From the NCBI GenBank assembly GCA_030704615.1, contig CM060732.1, positions 69,936,001-70,000,000 on the forward strand: a DNA stretch of 64,000 nucleotides, in the 5' to 3' direction. Numbering within the stretch: the first letter of the stretch is position 1; every line of letters begins with the position of its first letter. This DNA comes from Takakia lepidozioides. Its lineage: Eukaryota > Plantae > Bryophyta. A program made the position numbers and the translations under genes. The notes below the pieces were generated by a model. The model saw only the letters and a list, made by a program, of their open reading frames with translations, had not been told where the DNA came from and ran no database searches. Positions 40,626 to 52,109 of the stretch are shown here, piece after piece.

Positions 40626-41214
40626 CGCACAGCTGAGAAGGAGCTGCAAGAACAAGTGTCATCAAGAAAAAGGACAGGAGTGGCCGTCAAAGCACCTACC
40701 TACTACGTCAAAGAGGATGAATGGCGGGCCCATTAATGCATACGGAAAAAGGGTAACGGAACATACGGCGAGTACAGAAAAACGAATTTCTTGTCACGTG
40801 TGTTATCCTAGTGGACAGGCCAGCGGGGAAAATCCACTAAAGAAAATTAATTCTAAAATCCAGTCACAACGGTTACAGCCAATCATGAAGCAGGAGCAAC
40901 TTCAAGAAAGTGAAATGGTTCTGAGCGCCAGAGTCGGCGTCGTTCCAGGTAACGGGCGTCTTGACGGGACAGACAATCAATGCGATAGTTTTGAAGCTAT
41001 GAGGGAACTAGCAGATTATACGCTCGCGATACTACTCACGCAGTGGCAAGGAAACAGAACAACAGAGAGTAACTTTTCTCTTGATCAATGCTTGCAAGCC
41101 CCGCAGGTTTACAGGACACTACCCATAGCATTTTGTGGCAATCATACGTTTGTGCTTTGTGCTCTGCAGGCATTACTTCAGTTGTTACAGCCACAGCCTT
41201 ACGGTTTCTCTAAA

Positions 41215-44200
41215 ATGAAGAGAGTAAGAGGGATGGAGGACATCAAGGTGAAAAGCACCACAATCCTGCAGAAACAGACGATTGCGACGCCATACGCGGT
41301 GAAGTTACTGACGGAACTGCGATTACAAGGATTGCAAAACAAGGATTGGACATTGCACCATCGGAAGTACATGTTAGAATTCTTGCAGAACTTTGACCCA
41401 AAGACAGGAGCCACAATGGTGAAGGGAGTTGAATTAGAACTTACTCCCTTATACCTACAGCAACTGTTTTCATTGCCAGCAGGTCAGGTTCATGTGGACG
41501 AGCACAGGACTAGATTGCAGATGAAAGATTTGTTTGAAGAAGGGAGTTTCTTTAAAACTCAAGGCTATGCTTGTACCAAAGCGGTGTACCCAGGGCTCAG
41601 GGAGGTGGGCTAGATATTGAACGTTCTGTTTGCCATGAAACAGAACCAGCAATATTTGAGCAGATCCTTCACAGATGAAATACTCAAAGGCCTGAGAGGA
41701 GAAGAGGTAGCATGGGAGAACATCATGTACAACGGACTGGTAGAGGAGATGAAAAGATTGCAGGGAATTGCCGCTAAATCTCCTATCATAGTATCTGGGC
41801 CAGTCATTGCAGAAATCATCCTAGACTCATGCGTACTTGATGCGAGAGAAAGGAAGGAAATGGGAGTGTTTGAAATAACAACCACTACCATAGAAGAGCA
41901 AGGTTGTTCATAGGGTGAAGGGGGATTGGCAAAGCATCAACAGCCCAAAAGACAAAGGAAAGGGATCACGTTGGAAGCCGAACCATTGGCTACAAGGCAG
42001 CCGGAGGAAGAAGTTACTCAAGCTCTTGTGCAGGAGAGGGTACAGCAACACAGAGATCAAGGGTTACAAACAGCACAACCTGTGGAGAGGGAACAAGAAG
42101 TCAATTCAGTATCACAGCCATCACAGCCAGGTGAACGGCTTGCCAGAGAGTTACCACAAATGGTCCATGCGGTTCCTCCACAAATAATAGATTTGGAAAC
42201 AGAAGGGTTAGATATTCCAACTACAGAGCAAGTGGTGGCAGAGATTGAGAGAGGTGATCTTCTCTATGAAGACTCTAGTTTGCTCAGAGAGAGAGTGGAG
42301 CCAGAGGTCCAAAATCTGTCCAGTGAACTTCCTGATGTGCAAGTAATACCCCCACCAGCGCCACAAGTTCCAGAAGAGGAACATCAGGACACAACAACAT
42401 CTGGGAGAAATGAGGAAATTGAGAAGGAGAATCTGGTGGAGCAGTGGCCTGAGTGGTTTGTGAGGCATCATCCTATGGATGAGGGGGGTGAACAGCAGCA
42501 TGTTAACCATGATGGGCCTCAGCAGGCTATGCTGATGAACTCCATAAGCCGAACCCTCAATTTGTTGGGAACTTACATGAAGTCACATGTTCCAGTGACT
42601 CAGTTGGAAGTTTTGAAGGAGGAACTCAGAAGAGAGTTCGAAAATTGGTTGGCAACCGAAGGTGTTAACAAAGTTGAGATAGAAGTGCATCTGCAGTTGC
42701 AACAGGAGTTAAGGGAAACAAAGAATGCTCTGCAATTTGCTAAGCAGCAACTGATTGAGGGGGGTCTGGAGCAAGACCATCTGCAGGAGATACACAAGCA
42801 GCAATTATTCCAATTGCAGAGCAAGCATGAGGATGAAATGCAAGGACTAAAGGAACAACAGGCAGAGCTGGGGGTAGTACATCAAAGAATGACGGTGCAA
42901 TGTGCCACCCTCACAAATGTTCTAGAGCAAGCCACAACAGAAGCCAACCAGCAGAGGGAGCGATGTGTAAGGGCAGAAACGGAGGTAGTGGAGCAAGCCA
43001 AATTCATTGTGGACCTCAAAGATACAATATGTCACAATGAGGGTGCTTTACAGCAATACAAACAGGTTGAGGCTAACCAGGAGAAGTACATTGTGGAGTT
43101 ACAACAGACCCTTATGTCGAATAGGAATCAACTCTCTGTAGCTAACAAGGCAGCGAGGGAAGCCAATAATTTGGCTGCAGCTTATGCCAATTTAGTTGAA
43201 CCTCATGAGAAGCGCATGCAAGGATTGCAACAGCAGTTAGATGCCTACAGACTCAAGGAGGAGCAGAGTCTCAGAGATGTTACACAGGACAGAGTGGATG
43301 ACCAACTTCTAAAAGTATGGTTAGCACAAGGGCCAGTGGAAGGGAAAGCACCGAGAAAGCTCACCTAGGGGGCTGCAAGTGCAAAATATTGCCACCACTA
43401 CTATAGACAATGTCTATAGTAGAATAGGAGAGCTCCAAGAGGATGTGGATACATTGCAGACTCAAGTGGAGGACTTGAGTTCAAACATAGACCAAAGGCT
43501 CATGATTCCTGAAGAACATCTTATGGAGGCGTATTTGAGGGCCAGAACTCTAGTTTTCGGGTCTTCTTCGCAAGAAGTGCAAGGGATGTCAATGGTGGAA
43601 ACACCAATAGAACCAGTTTCACAGCAGATGGCTGTACATGTTACTGAATCTCCTATGACAGCAGATGCACGGCCTGAGGTATGGGGAAATGCTGCTTTCA
43701 AACCACCCAAGACTCATGCTGCACGGGAATACAACCGAGCAATGATCATGCCCTTCAATGAAATTCCACATAGCTTGGATTTGGCGTGGAATCAATTTGG
43801 TCCTCCACAATCCTTTCCACACTACTACCAAATAATGCGCATTTGGTTGCCAGTGGCCACTCGGACTAAGATTCTAGCAATGAATCAGCTCATTGAGGAT
43901 CATCATTTTTCAAGGTACTGGTCTGAGGCAGGCACTATGTTGAAGGAGTTAATAGCTTTCCAGGTTGTTCATGGGCACATTCACACCAAAACAAAGGAAG
44001 TAGCGAGTTTGGTCATGGGCTGTGGAATTTATTATACTGCTTGTTTCATTGCACATTACCACATTGAGCAGCAGAAGATACAATCCAGATTTCTGACTTA
44101 TTCCACTACAGATCATTGGACCTTACCTGTGGTGCCGCATCATACGTATTTATATGATGTGAAAATCATGTTACAGAGGGATTCACAACTCCGTTCATGG

Positions 44201-44668
44201 TTTAACAGGGCCTGGAACAACTTGAGCAACGAAAAACGGCATATTGACGACATTTTTAATAAGGAGCAGACAGCTTGGCAATACCTACACTGCTCCAAAG
44301 TTACTGGCACACCTCTCACCTACACTGAGAAGGAATTGTTGAAGTTCAATCAACTTGCTTTCAACAGGTTACACAACGTTGTGAAGCTTAAGGTTCCTGA
44401 CATGGTGGGGCCACATTGTATGCCAATTTTCATTCCAGAGAAACCAAAAAAGGCAAGAAAACCAAAAAACTGCAGGACTGAAACAGATTCGGACACAACA
44501 GCTGAATCTTCAGAACAAACTCTTGACGTATGGGAGGAATATGATCAAAGCACTGCACGACAAGAAACGACGGGGATCTCCCACACCAGAGCCATTACAG
44601 CCGGTTCAGTCAAAGGGCAACAAATCAGGTACAAGTACAGCTCAAGCATCTCCAGCAAACAGTCATAG
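41215..44668 (+). pseudogene. Large 3' extra ORF (~1150 codons) in the env position
   Basis: ORFs 40141-41613, 41617-41913 and 41926-43368 share one frame, split by TAGs, and 43379-44668 follows after a frameshift. The N-terminal LEFLQNF...VKGVELELT..LFSLP resembles the plant-transposon domain of Athila/Ogre extra ORFs. Long coiled-coil at ~42600-43450. Confidence 0.7.
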
Positions 44669-47600
44669 AACTCGGGCACGTACAGAGAGCCCTCCAAGGC
44701 ACTCTCACAAACAGACAGGACCACGTTCACAAAGAATTACTGATCCTAAGCAGTAAACCATGAGGACACGGCTTTTTGAGAGGGGAAGGGGTAATGTTAG
44801 GAGGCAGTCTGGGACTTAGGCATTTTTATGGGTTCTGTGGAGTTGGACTTGGACACTTCTATGGGTTCTGAGGGGTACCCTTAATTTTTTAAGACAGCCC
44901 GTCACAGCCATACACAGCCCGACACAGTCACAGCCCGTCACAGCCAGTCACAGCCCGAAACAGCCGTCACAGTCTGACACAGCTGTCACAGTCGTAGGGA
45001 ACGGTTATCATGACAGGGAACGACTGTGGGGAACAACATCTGCCGGGGAACATGTAATTCACGGAGGACGGTTAGTGAAGGAAAACGGTTAGAACAGGGG
45101 GGGAGGGATAAAGCGGGTAGCGGAGACGAGAGGGGGGCACTTCTTGGGGGAGACTTCGGACATCACTGGGGGAAAGGAGGAGAGAGCGTATCTCTGAGCA
45201 GAAAGATGGAGAGCACGGAGTAGGAGGAGGATCTGTTGATGCTTAATGATAGCAAGCAGTAGAATTATAATGTGGAGCAGATTAGAGACTCCAGGACTTT
45301 AGCCTGATACTTGATAGATATTAATCTGATACATACTTCATACTCACAGTGTGTAGAGGGATCTGAGTGAAGCTGTGGAATGAATGGATGAGTTGATGGA
45401 ACAAACTGATACTTAATTACCAGCAGTAAGGTAACTAGCTAACATGAATGCGGGAAGGAAAACAAATAGGAAACACCCCCATGATACACTAGTTGTAGGT
45501 CATGACTGATTGTTCTGAGCAGGCTGAGTACTTAGAGATTTCCAACTCTTCTATCTTGGAGTTTCTGCCTCGGATAGCGAAGGGATGGGTGAGTAAAAGC
45601 CGCGCGACATTGCCCTTGCAGCAAACTATGAGTGCGCCGCACCCCTAAATATCCCAACTCCTCATGGGCATGGCGTACTAATCGCGCTCGTTGTGTTGGA
45701 TGAGGCACAATCCTCATTCGTCCATCCTCCCATACCCGGAGTAGGTGAGTCCCCTCCCACTTGAACCTCTTGGCTCGTTGTAGGACCCGATCCCTCTCCT
45801 TAGCAGTCACACTGGATGTTGTCTCTCCGGTACGAAGGTTTGTCAACACTAATATATCTTCATGTACATCCTTAGCACCACCAAACTCCTCACTAGTCTC
45901 TGGATCGTCATGCACGCTATCTACATGACCAATCGCGTGGGATAGACCAGCTTGAGCTCCCATTGCTAAAATGCACAAAAAGACCGATGCAAACCATCCT
46001 GGCACCATCTCCTCATCTGTCTCACCATGCCACCGAGCTGCAGTATCATCATGCTCGCTCGTACATAGATTACGACTCAATCCATCTACATCCCGATTGA
46101 CGATACCGGCTCGATGCACCACCTAGAAGTCGTACTCTTGAAGCATAAGTGCCCACCGTGCAAGTTCCATGTAAGCTTGTCTGACTCCATCAACCACTTC
46201 AACGGTTGGTGGTCCGTGACAAGGGTGAAGAGATTGCCACAGAGGTAGCATCTGAAATGTGCCACTGCCCATACCGCAGCTAGACACTCCCCTTCATAGG
46301 AACTATACTTTGCCTCGGCATCATTTTTCAAGCGGCTAGCATATGCCACTACAAACTCTCTGCCCTCATCATCCACCTGTGTGAGCACTACTCTAATCCC
46401 CAACATACTCCACTCCGTATGTAGCTGGAAAGGCCGTCCCCGAATAGGCCGCCTCAGAATAGGTGCAGAAGTCAATCGAGCCTTGAGTTCCTCAAAGGTT
46501 TCCTCCTGCTCTTCCTCCCATTGCCACTCCTGACCTACCTTGGTCAACTTGGTAAGAGCCTTTGCAATGCTATTAAATCCCTTGACAAACCGTCGATAGT
46601 AGTTTGTCAATCCCATAAAAGCACAAACTCTGCTCACATCCATGGGGCGTGGAATGCATGCAATGGCCTCCACCTTTGTCTGTTGAACACCCAATCCTCT
46701 AGGGTATATTATGTGGCCCAGATACTCAATCTGATTGTGGAAGAACTTGCACTTTCTGGGGTGCAGTTTCAACCCGTGCGCTTTCAAGCGCTCAAACATC
46801 ATCTGAAGGTGTCTCTCATGCTCCTCAACCGTAGCACTAAAGACGATGATGTCATCAATGTAGCACCGGGCGAAGTCTAGCCCCGCGAGAATCCTATCCA
46901 TGACCCTCTGAAACTCTGCAAGAGCATTCTTCAACCCAAACGGTAAGAACCGCCATTGGTACAAACAATCCTTCCTATGTTGGTCGTCTTTTGCTTGTCA
47001 ACCTCTTTGATTGGCAACTGGTGGTAACCGGATCGCAAGTCCAATGTGCTAAATACCTTTGCATGCCCAATGGCATCAAAGATCTCCTCTGGAGTTGGCA
47101 TGACATATCTATCGGACTTAGTCTGACGGTTCACATGACGATAGTCCCCACATATCCTTCTTTCTATCCAATTGCCATAGATATCCTTCTTAGCTGGCAT
47201 CACCGTTGCCAAGGCATACTCCCCGCCTGACAACTCCACCAATCCAGCTTCGAACAACTCCATAGTCTGTGACAGGATCAATGACCTCTCCATGTCACTA
47301 TATCGGTAGGGCCTTCGAAAGATTGGCGTGTCACTTGCCAAATCAATATGAATCTCTTGACCCTTCAAACTCCCCAAATCCTTCAATCCGAAGGCAAAAC
47401 AATTTTTATAAGCCCTTAGAAATCGCCGAATCCTCCGTCTCTCTCCTCCGGTGACTGTAGGTCCAACATCTGGTTCCTAATTGTCCTCAGTGACTGCAAT
47501 CTTGGGTACACCAGGCTTGGAGGTAGGAGACGCATCCTTTGGTTGCTAGATAGCAACCTCTTGGGCCTTGTCCCGCCATCCTGACTATGGCGTAGCCTCC

Positions 47601-47919
47601 ACTTGCTCCGCCATAGCCACCTTGAGAACATCCTATGGGGAAGAAACATCTTCAACCTCTTTAAAAACCTTAGCCACCTTGGCCTCCATTAACCGATCAT
47701 CAGTGTATGGCTCTCCCCACTCCTCAAACTGCTGCTTGAGAGATCCAATGACTCTCTCTTTGCGTATCTTATTGCCATGGGTGTTTGCACCCCATAATCA
47801 TGTGCTCGCCCCCACTCACTGCCTCCACCGTCCCGGTTGGCAGAGAGGGTGCAATATCCAATGGGAGAGCGGAAGTAACCACCAATGCTTGCAATCTCCG
47901 TTGCTCAGCCATACACAAG

Positions 47920-48470
47920 CCAACTTACCCATGTGAAGCAATTGAGATCCATTGCCTGACCCAACACCTAGCGTCGTGATGCCTCTGACAGAGCTGACAC
48001 AACTGTAGTTTCCGTGGCAAATCCCATTGCCCGCTCTTGCTCATCTGCATTGGGCTCCACCAATTGCTGTAGCACACTGTCCCAAATCAACCCAGGACCA
48101 TTGTCTCGAAAAGCATGAGATGAGGGAAAGCTCATGAGCGTAGGCAAGACTGCACGTGACTGCCCCACTCGATTTACCACTGCTAGAGGTGGACGGTCAT
48201 CATGTCACACCCTCTGCGGTCGCCTCCCTTGGTCCAAAATACCCTCAACCGTGAGATTGGGTGGCCGTTGAATGGAATCATAGGCTCTCTTGAGCAACTC
48301 TGGTGGTGCAAGATTGGTCCACCACAACCTAGGCCTATGTGCCGGTGAACCCACTACAGCTGCATCCAACAATATAGCTGGTCCAATCCATGACCGGATC
48401 TGATGTACACTGGCTATAACCCTGGCCCGAGAATTCCCCATGAGAGGAACATTCTCCAGGATATAAGCTG
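47920..48470 (-). pseudogene. C5-cytosine DNA methyltransferase, C-terminal part (motifs VI, VIII, IX, X), DNMT3-like
   Basis: YILENVP, LDAAVVGSPAHRPRLWWTNL, EQERAMGF and SRR*VLGQAMD all lie in one frame with two stops. Confidence 0.9.
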
Positions 48471-49820
48471 GAGGGGGGGTTGTTTTTTCATGAGCGATGA
48501 GCAGATGAGCCATGAGCCATGAGCAGAGTTGCCGATCCTCTGCCATAGCAAAATCCGAAGGGACGTTGCAGGCTTGGATCCGGTTCAGGAAGTGTGCGAA
48601 GCTGATATGGGCACATACTTAATGTCTAGGATGTATAAATGCACGGTATTAGAAGGTGTACCACCTAATTCCGCGCGTCACATACACTACCAGAGTTAAC
48701 CGAGGGCGGAGGAAAACAAGAAGTCGGCAGCGACTTCTAGTGCATGGTGATCAGGAAAGTCTGTGCCGATTTTTGGAACAGAAGGTGATATGGGGAAATA
48801 TAACTTAAAAAGGGCTGGTGGAAGTCTGTGCCGATTTCTCCCAAAAACAGATCGTGTGCTTCAGTAAATAGGGAAATACAAGTAGGGACCGGGAAGTCTG
48901 TGCCGACTTCTGGTCCGCAACGAAATGACATTAATTCGGAAAAAGGCAGGGATTGTGAATACTGCTTAGAATGCAGATGTACTCCAACATATTCCATGCT
49001 TCAAGACAATCAGTCATACTGTTTTTTTGCTCCATCCGTTGCATGGAGCTGCATAGAAAATAAACACGAAACAAATTTTTGAATTTACATAAACGTTTAA
49101 GGGTAACAAGGTTAAGGAGTGCCCTCACTGGTAGCGTCCCCATATTCCATCTCCACATCGTCCACTACTTTTCCGATGATTTCATTAACATCATCATCGT
49201 CCTCTTTTTCTGTCGATGGATCAGAGCTCTCACTACCTAGCACAACCAGATGTTGAACCTTCCTAAACTTTTTAACCGCTCGTGCCTCACCTGGCCACAT
49301 TGGCCTCTTCAACAATTTGGGGGATTCCTGCTGAGCTAGCTGTTCTGCCATCTTTGCTGTATAGTCAGGAAGACACTGGGGTGAAGAGAACAACAGCTGC
49401 TTTTTGATGAAGCTCTGCCCTCTTCTCGGTAATCTGTGCCTTCATGTTTTCCCTCTCCTGACATGCAGCCATTAAGGAGGCTGCACGGCGATGAGCTGGC
49501 GTTGTTGGAGCTGGCCTCCTCGTGCAAATTGAGGGAACATCACTGCAGTAGGAAAAAAAAAACCATGGTCAGCCTTGCAAAGGGAACGTATTGGCCGAGC
49601 CATGGGAAACAAGACATCACAACAAAATTGAGAAATCTGCGCCGACTATCCTGTTTTGAAGAAAGAAAACGAGAGGAACAACAAACTTACTCACTCCAGT
49701 ACATGGACATGCACAGGTTGGTCACCAACGGAACCACTCATCAGGTGTCAAGTCCATTGCGGCCACGGGGTCAGAGGTAGCAGACATCTCACATTGCAGG
49801 CCCTGCAGTTTTTATCTTAC

Positions 49821-50145
49821 AAGCTCTCCATCACCTTCCAAGGCCAGCAAGTGGCGACCACAAACCCGTGCAGCCACCATCGATGCGCCAGAGTTTGCAG
49901 TGAGGTCGACAATCTTGCCCCCAATGTCAGTCAACATCTCCATAAAAGTCTGTAGGAACATTGGGCTTTTTTCTCTGGCACCTCTCAACCAGGTCCCATC
50001 AGCTCTTGTGTACAGCCAGTCTTTGGTGACACAATTGCGCACAATGTCGGTGTCAACCAGATTGAAGTCGGAATCCAGTTTCTTGGCATCCCGGCCAAGA
50101 TCGCAAGCGTATGTCGGGCTCTTCAACAGCAAGAGGCGCTTCTCA
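49821..50145 (-). CDS. Exon encoding the C-terminal part (motif X / motif I region) of an N6-adenine/N4-cytosine DNA methyltransferase-like protein
   Basis: EKSPMFLQTFMEMLTDIGGKIVDLTANSGASMVAARVCGRHLLALEGD aligns to the beta-class pattern KP..L...LI...T..G..VLDPF.GSGTT..AA...GR..IG.E.D. Bounded by an acceptor (catag) and a donor (gtaaga). Confidence 0.65.
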
Positions 50146-50149
50146 CTAT

Positions 50150-52109
50150 GTAGACCCCAACGGGTGCCTACGCGACACGTGCTTCGTCTGAAAATGGCAC
50201 ACGTAGTGCCTGAAAACGGATAATTCCGGGAGGTCTTTGCAGACTTCCCGGCTGATCTACCCCCAACGAGTGCCTACGCGACATGTGCATCACCTGAAAA
50301 TGGCACACGCAGTGCATGAAAACGGATAATTCCGGGGAAGTCTGTGCAGACTTCTCGGCTGATCTAACCCCAACGGGTGCAGCGTCGCCTGAAAATGGCA
50401 CACGTAGTGCCTGAAAATGGATAATTCCAGGAGGTCTGTGCAGACTTCCAGGCTGATCTACCCCCAACGGGTGCCTACGCGACACGTGCATCGCCTGAAA
50501 ATGACACACGCAGTGCCTGAAAACGGATAATTCCAGGAAGTTTGTGCAGACTTCTCGGCTGATCTAACCCCAACGGGTGCAGCATCGCCTGAAAATGGCA
50601 CACGCAGTGCCTGAAAACGGATAATTTTGGGAAGTCTATGCAGACTTCCCGGCTGATCTACCCCCAACGCGTGCCTACGCGACACGTGCATTGCCTGAAA
50701 ATGGCACACGTAGTGCCTGAAAACGGATAATTCCGGGGAAGTCTGTGCAGACTTCTTGGCTGATCTAAGCCCAACGGGTACAACATCGCCTGAAAATGGC
50801 ACACGCAGTGCATGAAAACGAATAATTCTGGGAAGTCTGTGCAGACTTCTCGGCTGATCTACCCCCAACGGGTGCCTACGCGACACGTGCATCGCCTGAA
50901 AATGACACACGCAATGTCTGGAAACGGATAATTCTGGGGAAGTCTGTGCAGACTTCTCGGCTGATCTAATCCCAATGGGTGTAGCATCGCCTAAAAATAG
51001 CACACACAATGCTTGAAAATGGATAATTTGGGGAAGTCTGTGCAGACTTCCCGGCTCAACGGGTGCCTACACGACACGTGCATCGCCTGAAAATGGCAAA
51101 CGCAATGCATGAAAACAGATAATTCCGGGAAGTCTGTGCAGACTTCCCGGCTGATCTACCCCCAACAGGTGCCTACGCGACACGTGCATCGCCTGAAAAT
51201 GGCACACGCAGTGCCTGAAAACGGATAATTCCGGGAAGTCTGTGCAGACTTCCCGGTTGATCTACCCCCAACAAGTGCAGCATCGCCTAAAAATGGCACA
51301 TGCAATGCCTGAAAACGGATAATTCCAGGAAGTCTTTGTAGACTTCTCGGCTGATCTACCCCCAACGGATGCAGCATCACCTGAAAATGGCACATGCAGT
51401 GCCTGAAAATGGATAATTCCGGGAAGACTGTGCAGACTTCCCGGCTGATCTACCCCCAACGGGTGCTACGCGACACGTGAAAATGGCACACGCAGTGCCT
51501 GAAAATGGATAATTCCAGGAAGTCTGTGCAGACTTCCCGGCCGATCTACCCCCAACGGGTGCCTACGCGACACGTGCATCGCCTGAAAATGGCACAAGCA
51601 GTGCCTGAAAACGGATAATTCCGAGAAGTCTGTGCAGACTTCCCGGCTGATCTACCCCCAACGGGTGCCTACGCGACACGTGCATCTCTTGAAAATGGCA
51701 CACGCAGTGCCTGAAAACGGATAATTCCGAGAAGTCTGTGCAGACTTCCCGGCTGATCTACCCCCAACGGGTGCCTACGCGACACGTGCATCGCTTGAAA
51801 ATGGCACACGCAGTGCCTGAAAACGGATAATTCCGAGAAGTCTGTGCAAACTTCCCGGCTGATCTACCCCCAACAGGTGCCTACGCGACACGTGCATCGC
51901 CTGAAAATGGCACGCACAGTGCCTGGAAACGGAGAATTCCAGAACGTCTGTGGAGACTCCCCAGCTGATCTACCCCCAACAGGTGCCTACGCGACATGTG
52001 CTTTGCCTGAAAATGGCACACACAGTGCCTGGAAACGGATAATTCCGGAAGTATGTGTAGACTTCCCGACTGATCTACCCCCAAAGCGTGCCTACGCGAC
52101 ACGTGCATC
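50150..52109. repeat. Tandem satellite of ~106-bp and ~95-bp units (about 19 units)
   Basis: CGCGACACGTG at 51566, 51672 and 51778 (period 106). Long and short units alternate (~201 bp) over 50277-50880. Confidence 0.95.

Larger units (their letters stand above)
32734..45609 (+). mobile_element. Full-length, recent non-chromovirus Gypsy element (12.9 kb) nested in the DNMT-Gypsy integrase
   Basis: LTRs 32734-33588 and 44795-45609 (TGTTAG...CGACA). TSD CTGCC/TTGCC. PBS TGGCGACCATACTGGGGA at 33591. PPT GAGAGGGGAAGGGG at 44778-44791. The host frame LLQGQ|YWW rejoins across the insertion. Confidence 0.97.
30743..48473 (-). mobile_element. Gypsy LTR retrotransposon with DNMT-RT-RNaseH-integrase-PHD pol (decayed; interrupted at 32734-45609; 5' part displaced)
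   Basis: Collinear minus-strand domains: DNMT 48470-47920, RT 47386-46500 ([13 protein letters not shown]), RNase H (YEGECLAAVWAV), integrase (HEELG|YWWRGM, SLDFAGP, TDQGREF), PHD, PPT AAGGGGGG at ~31285-31292, LTR 30743-31193. Confidence 0.85.
48474..52109 (-). mobile_element. Right arm of element X, carrying an amino-methyltransferase exon and a satellite
   Basis: Abuts the DNMT with a GGGGGG end. Carries AAGTCTGTGCCGACTT (48894) and AAGTCTGTGCAGACTT, the reverse complements of the motifs at 6506-6676. Confidence 0.6.

Noticed and set aside
40141-41214. N-terminal part of the 490-aa ORF as real protein
   Set aside because: It overlaps the pol tail and the CACAGCC repeats. Protein-like sequence starts only near MKRVRG at ~41215.
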